Part shown: one piece after another, positions 1-9,006 of the stretch
Layout of the letters: each line of letters starts with the position of its first letter
Numbering within the stretch: position 1 is the first letter of the stretch
Source: a virus
Strand: one strand, 5' to 3'
IMG/VR virus record: IMGVR_UViG_3300025120_014869
Coordinates: 1-64,000 of that record
Length of the DNA stretch: 64,000 bases
Program-made: the position numbers and the translations under genes
Notes under the pieces: generated by a model
What the model saw: the letters and a program-made list of their open reading frames with translations, nothing else
The model's database searches: none
What the model was told of the DNA's origin: nothing

Positions 1-515
1 TCTCTAGGAAAGAAAGGATTATCTTGAGGATGTTGCTGATATTGAAGTTGAAGCATTTTAAATAACGTATCAATCTCTTTAATATACTCTTCATCAACTT
101 CTCTCATACCATCATCTTCAATCTTTGGATTTAATTTTGTACGAGGAATAAAGAAAATTATATCAAGTTTAGTTAAAGATTCCCTTACAGTCGGAATACA
201 TTCACTAATAAAATCCTCATCTATATCTGATATACCTTTATCACAAGCCCATAATGAATATACTAAATTATCTAACGGACATCTATCAAAAATAACTTTA
301 TCATCTGAATCAAATTGATCTAAAGTATTTACCATATAATCTAAAATAGCTTTCTGCGTTTCCTTATTAGTTTCTTTACTATGTTTCAATTCCTTATTAA
401 CGATAATATCGCGATAAGTTTCTTTTTCAAAACCATACATACTCCACTCTTGTAAAAAGTCTTGTATTAAAGTACTTTTACCTAAATTTGCTGATCCACA
501 TACTGCTATTCTCAT
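1..515 (-). CDS. P-loop NTPase / nucleotide kinase-like protein (AAA_28-like), 3' end beyond window
   Basis: Not in ORF track; hand translation MRIAVCGSANLGKSTLIQDF...VIFDRCPLDNLVY: Walker A plus DR motif of dNMP/dN kinase-like proteins; frame open to window edge. Confidence 0.65.
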   Translation of the reverse strand, partial: MRIAVCGSANLGKSTLIQDFLQEWSMYGFEKETYRDIIVNKELKHSKETNKETQKAILDYMVNTLDQFDSDDKVIFDRCPLDNLVYSLWACDKGISDIDEDFISECIPTVRESLTKLDIIFFIPRTKLNPKIEDDGMREVDEEYIKEIDTLFKMLQLQYQQHPQDNPFFPR

Positions 516-572
516 ATTAATATTTTAATATATAAGATTGATATATCAAGTTTATAATATATAATTAATGTA
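516..572. promoter_or_regulatory. Divergent sigma70-type promoters sharing palindrome TTGATATATCAA (538-549)
   Basis: + strand TTGATA-16-TATAAT-7-ATG(573); - strand TTGATA-16-TAAAAT-6-ATG(515). Confidence 0.55.
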
Positions 573-1280
573 ATGATTAAGTTTGATAAAAAATCTCACA
601 AGTATGTTTGTGAGAAAACTGGTAAAGAATTAATTTCAACTACCACTCTTATTGGTAAATATAAAAAGCCATTCGATAAAAAAGAGCATGCAACTCGAGT
701 TGCTAATCGAGAAGGATTAGAAGTAGATTTTGTCCTTGAAATGTGGGAGAAAGAAAAAAATAGAGCTTGTGATTATGGTACTAATATTCATGAAGTAATG
801 GAAGATTATCTTACTTTAGGTAAAAAAGAAGATCAATATGAATCTTTATATACATCTTATGATAAATGGAAGCATATTTTTAAAGGTTTTCCTACATTAA
901 TGTGTGAAGAAAAATTATATGATTTAGATAACTTTATTGCAGGTACAGCAGACTTAATTTATGAAAATAAAAATTATTTTATTATCGGTGATTTTAAAAC
1001 TAATAAAGCTTTTAATTTTTATTCTCCTTATAATGAGTTTTTATTACAACCGGTTCATCATTTAAGTGCATGTGAATTTAATACTTACGCATTACAATTA
1101 TCATTTTACGCATATATGTATGAGAAACTTTCAGGTAAGAAATGCGCAGGTTGTGTTATAATGTATAAAGATAAAACAGATAAATTTTACCCTATACGAG
1201 TTAACTATCTGAAGGCTGAAGTGCTTGTTCTAATAAAGCACTACAATGGTCCCAATTCACCACTTTTAAAAAATTCTTAA
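573..1280 (+). CDS. PD-(D/E)XK exonuclease (Cas4/lambda-exo-like)
   Basis: GTNIH, E, AGTADL, IGDFKT, YALQLSFYA motifs. Confidence 0.8.
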   Translation: MIKFDKKSHKYVCEKTGKELISTTTLIGKYKKPFDKKEHATRVANREGLEVDFVLEMWEKEKNRACDYGTNIHEVMEDYLTLGKKEDQYESLYTSYDKWKHIFKGFPTLMCEEKLYDLDNFIAGTADLIYENKNYFIIGDFKTNKAFNFYSPYNEFLLQPVHHLSACEFNTYALQLSFYAYMYEKLSGKKCAGCVIMYKDKTDKFYPIRVNYLKAEVLVLIKHYNGPNSPLLKNS

Positions 1281-1842
1281 TATATTTTTCTCTATCAGGG
1301 CCATACTTTTTATAATAAGCGTGCTCCCATACATCAATACCAAGAATACAATCACCCATACCATACATTAATGGATTATCTTGATTGTCAGTTTGTATAA
1401 TTTTAAGTTTATTATTTTTTAAAACTAACCATACCCAACCTGACCCGAAATGGGTTTTAGAATTTTCTATAAATTTTTCATAGAAATTTTCAACTGATTT
1501 AAAATCTTTTTCAATATGTTCTTTAATTTTACCTCTTATTGAATGCTTATCAGGAGTCATCATTGACCACCAAATTTGATGATTAAAAGCACCGCCTGCA
1601 TTATTTTTAACTGCATCTTTTCTTTTACCTGCAACTTTTATTAATTTATCTAATGGTGTTTTAGTTGATGTAACTGCATCATTTAATTTTTTAATATAAC
1701 CTTTATAATGTTTATTAAAATGAAGTTTCATTGTTTCTTCATCTATATGCGGTTCTAATGCATCAAATTTATAAGGTAATTTTACTGGTTTATAACCTCC
1801 TACTTGCTCTAAAATTAAGTTTGATAATTCACTATAGTTCAT
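1201..1842 (-). CDS. sodA: Fe/Mn superoxide dismutase, probably Mn-type
   Basis: LPYxxDALEPHI, HxxKH, GGxxNH, FGSGWVWL, NQD, DVWEHAYY; GG and Q residues suggest Mn-type. Confidence 0.93.
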   Translation of the reverse strand: MNYSELSNLILEQVGGYKPVKLPYKFDALEPHIDEETMKLHFNKHYKGYIKKLNDAVTSTKTPLDKLIKVAGKRKDAVKNNAGGAFNHQIWWSMMTPDKHSIRGKIKEHIEKDFKSVENFYEKFIENSKTHFGSGWVWLVLKNNKLKIIQTDNQDNPLMYGMGDCILGIDVWEHAYYKKYGPDREKYIKNFLKVVNWDHCSALLEQALQPSDS

Positions 1843-2228
1843 TTTATTATATTTAGATCCTTTTTAGCTTTATTGTTAAGTTTTATTTTATTAATATCTT
1901 TTACGTTAATAAATTTAAAACCAATATGTTCATCACTTAATTTTACTATATTAGTCTTTAACTTACAACTATAAATTATTCTATTAGGAATACTTTTTAA
2001 AATTTTCAAATTTGATATTTTTATACCGGTTTCTTCAAAAAATTCTCTTTTTGCTCCATCTAAATAAGATTCACCTTTTTCTACATGACCACCTGGAACT
2101 TCAAAAGTATTATCTTTATTCTTTAATAATAATATTTTGCCTCTATAGAAAGCTATAGTTTTTGCAGATAGATTAGAATCCTTTTTTGGACGATTATTAG
2201 CAAACTCTTTAAATAAAGATATTCTCAT
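1839..2228 (-). CDS. NUDIX hydrolase
   Basis: Nudix box GGHVEKGESYLDGAKREFFEETG. Confidence 0.9.
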   Translation of the reverse strand: MRISLFKEFANNRPKKDSNLSAKTIAFYRGKILLLKNKDNTFEVPGGHVEKGESYLDGAKREFFEETGIKISNLKILKSIPNRIIYSCKLKTNIVKLSDEHIGFKFINVKDINKIKLNNKAKKDLNIIK

Positions 2229-2265
2229 ATAAATATTTATTTAACAAAAAATAAAATAAAATGAT

Positions 2266-2748
2266 ATGTTTGGACTTATTACAATGCTACTCACAACTCT
2301 CGGCGCAACGGGTATGGGTTCTATGCTTAAAATTGTTGGCGGTGTTTTCTCAGGGATGTCAGATGCTAAAGAGATGTCTGCAAGAAGAGAACTTATTAGG
2401 GATATGCAACTTAAAGGAGCTAATCTTGAATTTCAAAAAACGGTCTTTGGTGAAGTCAATGCAGATACTTCTGCTTTCACTAGGGGTACTCGCAGGCTCA
2501 TCGCTCTTATCGGGATGTGCAACTTCGCAGTTATTTCAATTCTCTGCACCCTCTACCCTGGAGTCGAACTCATCACTTTCACCCCACCAGAAAACAAAGA
2601 AGCAATTAAAATCCTCTGGGGACTCATCACCTTCCCAAGTGGAGCAGATATTACCACGGCAATTACAACAGGACACATTTCTCTTGTATCAATCGCCACT
2701 CTGGGCGCGATAGTTGGATTTTACTTCACACCTGGTGGTAAGAGATAA
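2266..2748 (+). CDS. Membrane protein, possible 3TM holin-like
   Basis: Hydrophobic segments, coiled region, C-terminal GAIVGFYF followed by basic tail. Confidence 0.45.
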   Translation: MFGLITMLLTTLGATGMGSMLKIVGGVFSGMSDAKEMSARRELIRDMQLKGANLEFQKTVFGEVNADTSAFTRGTRRLIALIGMCNFAVISILCTLYPGVELITFTPPENKEAIKILWGLITFPSGADITTAITTGHISLVSIATLGAIVGFYFTPGGKR

Positions 2749-4797
2749 TTACTTGCTTGTAGCTCTGTAAACCTTATCCCAATCTTCACCTGGATCATTA
2801 TCTTTTAATTCCATAACTCTTTCTCTCATTACGTTATAATAAAAGTCAATAGGAGATTTTTTTAATAATATTTCATCTAATAAGATAATAGCTTTCATCC
2901 AATCTCTATTCTTATAATGCTTAAGAAATGATTCATGTTTTATATAATTAAAAGGTTCATCTAATACGGTATATATTTGTATACCTTCTTTCTTTCCTTT
3001 AACAGCTATTTTATCTAATTCTATAAATTTAAACTTATCTTCAATGTGTCTTATAGTTTCTCTACCTAATAATATTTTTACCCCATAAGATTTAGTTTGA
3101 CCTTCCAATCTAGCAGCTAAATTAACTCCATCTCCTAAACATGTATAATCGAATCTTTGATCAGATCCCATGTTACCTACAACAACATTACCAGTATTAA
3201 TACCTATACCAATTGCAAGTTCCTTTTTACCTTCTTTTTTAAGTTCCTCATTTAGTTCATCTAATTTTTTAAACATCTCTAAGGAAGTTTCAATAGATCT
3301 AACTCTATGTGAAATTCTATCACCTTCAATAGGTGCGTTCCAGAAAGCCATTAAAGCATCTCCTATATATTTGTCAATTGTCCCGCCAGATTCCATAACT
3401 AAATACGTCATCGGGGTAAGATATCTGTTAATCAGATTGGTTAAATCTTGTGGATTATCTTTAAATTGTTCACTAATTGTGGTAAATCCTCTTATATCTG
3501 AAAATAATATTGAAAGTTCCTGTGTTTCTCCGCCTAATTTAAGCATTTCTGGATTTTTTTGTAGCTTTTTAACTATTTCAGGAGCTAAATAGTGTTCAAA
3601 TTGTTTTTTAATCTGCATTTTTCCTTTATATTCATGGATAAATCTTAAGAATATAGCAATTGTAAATACTATAAATGAACTATACACTGGGTAGGTAAAA
3701 TCTATCAATAAATTATGTTTAATAAAGAGATCAAAGCCTAAAATAGGTAAAGATAACACTACTAAACTTATAAGTACCCCATTTACCACCCATAGAAAGT
3801 TAAGAGCACATAGCGTTAACAATAAACTAAGAGCTAACGTAAAAGCTATTTCATATAACGTAGATTCAACAGGTCTTATTAACGCATTATCATGTGCTAA
3901 AGTTTCAATTACTTGCATATTAAGCTCATGACCATTGCTAATTGATATAGGAGTTGCTACTGAGTTAGATAAACCTTCTGCAGTTAAAGCTATAACGGTA
4001 ATTCTATTTTCAACACTTGACCAATCATCACTTACAACTGAAATTTTATCAAATTTTGTATCAAAATTAATCCAAATACGTGCATTTTCATCAGTCTTGT
4101 ATGTACCTGCATTTTTTAAACGTATAGCGTTAACACCAGCATGGTCTGTTTTAACTTGATATGATTCATCCCCAACTAATACTCTTAAAACTTCAAGAGG
4201 TAAAGTAGGATAAACTTCTCCTTTAACTTGTATCATTAAAGGCATACGTCTAACTACACCATCTAACTCTGGAGCTGTAACAGTCATACCTACTCCTTTA
4301 GCAAATAAACGTACATCTTCGATAGGACCAATACCATTAGGATAATCATATAACCAATCTGTTAATTCTACTGAACCTATAGCAGTTATTTTTTGCGATA
4401 CTAACTCACCCTTACCTTGTATTGACGCTGACTGTGCAGTAACTACTGGTAAAGCAAATAAAGTTGTTCTAAAAGTATCATCTCCTCCTAGTCTATCTTC
4501 TTCAGCAAATAAAATTGGTACCACAACAAGAGCTGCTCCATTCATATAAGCTTTTTCAATATAACTTGATAAAATATCTCGTTTCCAAGGCCATTGCCCA
4601 TGTTTTTCAAGACTTGCTTCATCTAATTCTACTATAGTAAATAATTCAGACTGTCTAATATTTTGAGTTTTTTGATAATAGTCTAAACCTTTCAGTCTTA
4701 AAATTTCTACTGGGTATGGATCATATATTCTTAATGCTGAAAACAATACTGCAACTAATGCACAGTATAAGAAAGGTTTAAATTTGTTAAGTTTCAT
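2749..4797 (-). CDS. CHASE2-domain class III adenylate cyclase
   Basis: N-terminal TM, CHASE2 motifs (GQWPWKR, DGVVRRMPL), 3 TM helices, cyclase motifs FSDIRGFT, DKYIGDALMAFW, YTCLGDGVNLAARLEG; K and T specificity residues indicate ATP. Confidence 0.93.
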   Translation of the reverse strand: MKLNKFKPFLYCALVAVLFSALRIYDPYPVEILRLKGLDYYQKTQNIRQSELFTIVELDEASLEKHGQWPWKRDILSSYIEKAYMNGAALVVVPILFAEEDRLGGDDTFRTTLFALPVVTAQSASIQGKGELVSQKITAIGSVELTDWLYDYPNGIGPIEDVRLFAKGVGMTVTAPELDGVVRRMPLMIQVKGEVYPTLPLEVLRVLVGDESYQVKTDHAGVNAIRLKNAGTYKTDENARIWINFDTKFDKISVVSDDWSSVENRITVIALTAEGLSNSVATPISISNGHELNMQVIETLAHDNALIRPVESTLYEIAFTLALSLLLTLCALNFLWVVNGVLISLVVLSLPILGFDLFIKHNLLIDFTYPVYSSFIVFTIAIFLRFIHEYKGKMQIKKQFEHYLAPEIVKKLQKNPEMLKLGGETQELSILFSDIRGFTTISEQFKDNPQDLTNLINRYLTPMTYLVMESGGTIDKYIGDALMAFWNAPIEGDRISHRVRSIETSLEMFKKLDELNEELKKEGKKELAIGIGINTGNVVVGNMGSDQRFDYTCLGDGVNLAARLEGQTKSYGVKILLGRETIRHIEDKFKFIELDKIAVKGKKEGIQIYTVLDEPFNYIKHESFLKHYKNRDWMKAIILLDEILLKKSPIDFYYNVMRERVMELKDNDPGEDWDKVYRATSK

Positions 4798-5921
4798 TGT
4801 TGATTAATATTTATAATTACTTGTCCACCGTTGTTATGATCGCCAGATATAAACGTACCTTGATTTTCATAATTAACTGAAACAGATGAAGTTGGGTCAA
4901 AAGATATACTAACTTTATTTTGATTTTCTTCAGCTATAAAATATATTCTATTATCTATTTCAGTAAAGATTGATTTTGCTTCTTGTTCAGATACTATTAT
5001 TTTTTCAAAAGCAATTATTTCTTGTTCTCTTTCGATTAATTCTTCCTCGTTTATACCTTCTTCAACATCAGTTTGATCCTCTTCTGGTTCGGGTTCTGGC
5101 TCAGGCTCTGCTTCTGGTTCAGCTTCTTTTTTATCACCATCTTCTTTTTTATCATTATTATCTTCCTTTGAATCATCACCTTCATCTTCTTCTGCCTCTT
5201 CTTCAGCTTCTTCATCCGCTTCTTTATCTTCCTTTTCTTTTTGTTCTTGCTTTTTAAATTTAGATATATTTGTACGAGATAGAACAACTGGAGGAGTAGG
5301 TGGTGAAATCATACTTGTAACAACTGTATTTTCAAATGGTATAGTTAAAAGTACACTACCAGATATATTACTAACTTCAATTTTACCTGTATATTCATTA
5401 CCAAAACTATCTAAAGAAGGTAGTAAAGTAAATGAACTTTTACCGGATTCTGATACAGTTATATTGAAATCAGTACCTCTAACTGAAACTGAAGCAGTTG
5501 GTGTACTTATTTTTATATTTTCTTTATTAGCTATTAAACCTGACGTATATCTAATATTACCTAATGATGCTTTTAAATTTAATTTACCTTTTTTTGTATT
5601 AGGTTCATATACGAAATCATCAATTACTAATTCACTATATTCTTTTATTTTTACTTTCGTGTTATCTTCAAACACTAAATGAACGACGCCATTGAGTGTC
5701 TCAATAACGTCGTCCATATTTATTAAAGTACCTTTTTCAGTTAATATTTTATCATTACTTCTTATAATTTGTGCTGGTTGTGATTGGTAACTTACTTTAC
5801 CAACTGAACCAAAACAAACATTAACTATTAAAAAATTAAGGGTTAGTACCGTTACCCAAGTATATAACTGAGTTACTTGGATTAAGCGGTGGTGAAATAT
5901 CTGCTGTATTATAGAATCCAT
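4794..5921 (-). CDS. FecR-domain periplasmic protein with acidic/Glu-Pro linker
   Basis: DVIET, FEDNTKVKI, TPTASVSVRGTDF FecR motifs; hydrophobic N-terminal segment; E/D-rich tract and EPEAEPEPEPEPEE; start codon uncertain. Confidence 0.82.
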   Translation of the reverse strand: MDSIIQQIFHHRLIQVTQLYTWVTVLTLNFLIVNVCFGSVGKVSYQSQPAQIIRSNDKILTEKGTLINMDDVIETLNGVVHLVFEDNTKVKIKEYSELVIDDFVYEPNTKKGKLNLKASLGNIRYTSGLIANKENIKISTPTASVSVRGTDFNITVSESGKSSFTLLPSLDSFGNEYTGKIEVSNISGSVLLTIPFENTVVTSMISPPTPPVVLSRTNISKFKKQEQKEKEDKEADEEAEEEAEEDEGDDSKEDNNDKKEDGDKKEAEPEAEPEPEPEPEEDQTDVEEGINEEELIEREQEIIAFEKIIVSEQEAKSIFTEIDNRIYFIAEENQNKVSISFDPTSSVSVNYENQGTFISGDHNNGGQVIININQQ

Positions 5922-6582
5922 CTGATTGAATTATTGCGAATGAAGTATCACTACCAACGTGCGTTAATTCAAGAACTTGTGAATTAAGACCAGCTTGGTG
6001 TATATCTAATTGATTATTACTACCAGCAATATCAACTATTTGTGTATGTCCTATACCTCCAGGATTACCTTCTTGTACTGATGCTACACTATTAAAACCA
6101 CCAAAAACATTATAGTCGATTTTAGAAAATGATGTATCATTTAAACTAAAATCAATTTGATTATTTGTGCCGTATACATTTAAATCAAAATCTTGATTAT
6201 TAATTAAAGCTGTATTACCATCTATATAACCTTCAATTTTAAGTAAATTACTATCACCTACTACAGCAATATCTAAATCATTTTTATCACCATTAAAGTA
6301 AATATCGAAAGCATTATTGTTACCTTCAGTATATATGTCAACTAATGTTTCATCTCCTTCAGAGTCCCAAATAATACTATTTGTATTACCTAATTGTATG
6401 ATAGTAAAGATGTTACTATCACCGTTAATATATGCAAAATTATCTCCCGAGCCGATAGAATTGTCATCTCCTATTTGTGTTATATCATAGGTACCAGTGT
6501 TACCTACTTGATCAATGTAAATTTCATTATCTGCATAGAGTAATGAACTGAATAATAATGTAAGAAGTGTAATGTATTTCAT
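5836..6582 (-). CDS. Curlin-repeat protein (CsgA/CsgB-like)
   Basis: Signal peptide MKYITLLTLLFSSLLYA, then ~11-aa GxxNxhxhxQ repeats (DNEIYIDQVG...); start reassigned to 6582 by late promoter spacing; follows csgG. Confidence 0.78.
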   Translation of the reverse strand: MKYITLLTLLFSSLLYADNEIYIDQVGNTGTYDITQIGDDNSIGSGDNFAYINGDSNIFTIIQLGNTNSIIWDSEGDETLVDIYTEGNNNAFDIYFNGDKNDLDIAVVGDSNLLKIEGYIDGNTALINNQDFDLNVYGTNNQIDFSLNDTSFSKIDYNVFGGFNSVASVQEGNPGGIGHTQIVDIAGSNNQLDIHQAGLNSQVLELTHVGSDTSFAIIQSDGFYNTADISPPLNPSNSVIYLGNGTNP

Positions 6583-6586
6583 ATAA

Positions 6587-7459
6587 TTATTTATCAATTT
6601 TTATAAGATAATTGTCATTATCTAAAAGATTTACATCATTACTAACTTTATGGTTCTTATCTTCATCTAACTCCCATATACCTTTTTCATCTCCTTTATG
6701 AATTAAATCTATTATAGCTGCGGCTATAGCACATCTTACTGCTATAGAATTACGTTCATTATTAGTTACACCAAATTCTCCTTCCATTAATTCAGGTTCA
6801 GTATCTAAATCAATATACTTAAAATATGTATTAGCTGATCCTATGCTTAATATAGTTTTTGATACAGTAGATGATAATAATACTTCACCTGTTTGAGAAC
6901 TAACCATACGAAGAGAAATAGTTACTACATCTTTTCTGTATTGTTTGCCAGCTCCTACTCCTTTAAAGAACAATCCTACCCCACCAGTAACATAATTACT
7001 TTCAAAAGATATTATACCACCTTCTACTATTAAACCTGCATATAACATTGGTTGTATATCAGGAAGATTTTTATCATCAAAACTTTGTCTTGTATTTTTT
7101 ATTAAATTTCTTTCAGTTAAAACGTTTTGTAAACCCTCTCTTTCTAAAACTTTAAACCATTCACCATTTCCAGCATTTAATAATTCTTCTACCAACCACG
7201 CATAACCTCCTTGTGTTACTGATGACGAAAAACTTGCAAAAGCATCTCCTTCTTTTCGTTGTCCTGTAAGATCTTTGAATGAATACGGTGCTACAAAAAC
7301 GTGACCTTTTTTAAGTTTAGGATATTCATAATTTTGCCATATAAATTTATTATTTTCAATTGAATATCTTTTTATATTATCATTTTGTGGTAAGTTTCTG
7401 ACTGGCATTGTAGCACAACCAGAAAAGAATATAATAGATAAAAGTAATAAAATTTTCAT
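6587..7459 (-). CDS. csgG: Curli secretion channel lipoprotein CsgG
   Basis: Lipobox FSGC; FKDLTGQRK, SSSVTQG, WFKVLEREGLQNVLTER, EGGIISFE, QYRKDVVTISLR. Confidence 0.92.
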   Translation of the reverse strand: MKILLLLSIIFFSGCATMPVRNLPQNDNIKRYSIENNKFIWQNYEYPKLKKGHVFVAPYSFKDLTGQRKEGDAFASFSSSVTQGGYAWLVEELLNAGNGEWFKVLEREGLQNVLTERNLIKNTRQSFDDKNLPDIQPMLYAGLIVEGGIISFESNYVTGGVGLFFKGVGAGKQYRKDVVTISLRMVSSQTGEVLLSSTVSKTILSIGSANTYFKYIDLDTEPELMEGEFGVTNNERNSIAVRCAIAAAIIDLIHKGDEKGIWELDEDKNHKVSNDVNLLDNDNYLIKIDK

Positions 7460-7460
7460 A

Positions 7461-7904
7461 TTATGGTGTGGGTATATATAATGAACCTACAGGTATTGTA
7501 ATTGTTGTCATACCCCCTGTTAAAGTATCGTAAACGTCTAAAATAATATTATCTGAATTTTGGGTCCAAGTAATAGTACTATCCTCTAAAGTAAATGAAC
7601 CGGTGGCTCCTGATTCTGAAAATAATTGCTCTGTAATAGATTTAGTTAATTCTGAATAAATTCTAGATTGTAAATTTGTCATAAAAACATTTACTGGCTC
7701 TCTAGATTCTGCTAATGTTAACTGTAATGCTAATGCTTCTGCCTCTTCAACTAAATTTGTTTTTCTAGTGAAAGATATATTTTCAATATTTAAAATATGG
7801 CTTGAATAGCCTATACCATTAAATGTTGGAGATTTAAATTGAAATTTTAATTCACTTGATATCAATGCTATAGGTAAAATTAAAAAAAGAAATATCTTTT
7901 TCAT
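7461..7904 (-). CDS. csgF: Curli assembly protein CsgF
   Basis: Signal peptide then SELKFQFKSPTFNG; LQSRIYSELTKSI; TTITIP; adjacent to csgG. Confidence 0.85.
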   Translation of the reverse strand: MKKIFLFLILPIALISSELKFQFKSPTFNGIGYSSHILNIENISFTRKTNLVEEAEALALQLTLAESREPVNVFMTNLQSRIYSELTKSITEQLFSESGATGSFTLEDSTITWTQNSDNIILDVYDTLTGGMTTITIPVGSLYIPTP

Positions 7905-7911
7905 AGAAAAT

Positions 7912-7919
7912 TATTTATA
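7912..7919 (-). promoter_or_regulatory. T4-type late promoter TATAAATA for csgF
   Basis: Exact TATAAATA 7 nt upstream of ATG 7904; gp55 present in window. Confidence 0.65.
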
Positions 7920-7921
7920 GA

Positions 7922-8230
7922 CTATTTAATTTTTTTCAATAGCTCTTCTTCTTTACGCTTATATTCATTTTCAAGAATTTCTCTTCTTTCTTTCTCTTGT
8001 AAAATCATTTTAAGTTTAATGTTAAGACGTATCATATCATTATCTAACATTCTAACTTTATCTATTAAACCAATAAGAGTTTTTTTAGATTGACTGATAG
8101 TTGGAGAGACATCTTTAGTTACCCATTGCCAAACGTAAAATACAAAATAACCTAAACCAATAGCAGCAATTATTGGAAATCCAAAATCATTAACTATTTT
8201 AGCAAAGTGATCTATTGTTGCATCATTCAT
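7922..8230 (-). CDS. Small single-TM coiled-coil membrane protein (GFPI motif)
   Basis: FGFPIIAAIGLGYFVFYVW then heptad region; paralog of 8233..8514. Confidence 0.7.
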   Translation of the reverse strand: MNDATIDHFAKIVNDFGFPIIAAIGLGYFVFYVWQWVTKDVSPTISQSKKTLIGLIDKVRMLDNDMIRLNIKLKMILQEKERREILENEYKRKEEELLKKIK

Positions 8231-8232
8231 AA

Positions 8233-8514
8233 TTAATCCTTTCTTGCATCTTCTTTACCTTCTGAAGCTGCTATTCTATCTAAATTTGGCTCAACATTAA
8301 ATGCATGTGATATAAGCGTATCAATTTTTACTATCTCGTTAGTCATTACATCTACTCTATTCTGTAAACTACCTATCATACCTCCAAGACCTGCTACCGA
8401 ACCTTTAACCCCTTCCAATATAAATTTAAGAATAATAAAAATAAACAACCCACCAATTAATGCCCCTGCAATTGGAAAACCTACTTCGGTCATAAATCTA
8501 ATAAAACTACTCAT
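8233..8514 (-). CDS. Small single-TM coiled-coil membrane protein (GFPI motif)
   Basis: VGFPIAGALIGGLFIFIIL then heptad region; preceded by TAAATA-5-ATG. Confidence 0.7.
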   Translation of the reverse strand: MSSFIRFMTEVGFPIAGALIGGLFIFIILKFILEGVKGSVAGLGGMIGSLQNRVDVMTNEIVKIDTLISHAFNVEPNLDRIAASEGKEDARKD

Positions 8515-8575
8515 ATAATTATTTAATAGATACGTAGTTGAATAATGTTTTCGGTAGTTTAAATAATATAATATT

Positions 8576-8956
8576 ATGGAACAGCTTATATTACATTTAA
8601 CAGGAGATTATCTGTTACAAAGTGATTGGATGGCACTTAATAAAATTAAGAATAGTAGAGCTGCAGCAACGCATGCTTTAGTTTATTCATTACCATTCTT
8701 ATTATTACAGCCTTCATGGACTGCTTGGTTTGTAATATTTTTTACGCATTTCTTAATTGATAGATTTGCATTAGCAAAATATATTGCTTTTGCTAAAACA
8801 AAGATAGCTCCATGTAATTGGTGGCCTTCATGGAAAGATTGTTCAGTTAATGGTTATAATAAAGATATACCAGTTTGGTTATCTACTTGGTTATTGATTA
8901 TTTCTGATAATACTTTACATTTGATAATTAATTACCTTGCTTTAAAATATCTATAA
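8576..8956 (+). CDS. DUF3307-like membrane protein
   Basis: HLTGDYLLQSDWMA, HALVY, THFLIDR, DNTLH motifs. Confidence 0.75.
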   Translation: MEQLILHLTGDYLLQSDWMALNKIKNSRAAATHALVYSLPFLLLQPSWTAWFVIFFTHFLIDRFALAKYIAFAKTKIAPCNWWPSWKDCSVNGYNKDIPVWLSTWLLIISDNTLHLIINYLALKYL

Positions 8957-8985
8957 AAAAAGCTCTATAATAATATAGAGCTTTT
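8955..8985. terminator. Bidirectional intrinsic terminator
   Basis: AAAAGCTCTATA-ATAA-TATAGAGCTTTT hairpin between convergent genes. Confidence 0.7.
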
Positions 8986-9006
8986 GAAAGTTAATAAAGT
9001 TTTAAA

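Noticed and set aside
573-1280. Cas4-like nuclease as sign of CRISPR-Cas
   Set aside because: No other cas genes or repeat-spacer array; stand-alone PD-(D/E)XK exonucleases are common in phages
2261-2713. 150-aa overlapping + strand ORF
   Set aside because: The 2266 frame gives a more plausible membrane protein; openness is explained by higher GC; mentioned only as context
5040-5260. TCT/TCA-rich tandem-like DNA
   Set aside because: Simply encodes the acidic linker of the FecR protein; same for 35600-36010 and 52860-52960
3170-5682. Several short alternative-frame ORFs (3170, 3935, 4970, 5051, 5464)
   Set aside because: Overlap well-supported cyclase and FecR genes; low-complexity shadow translations
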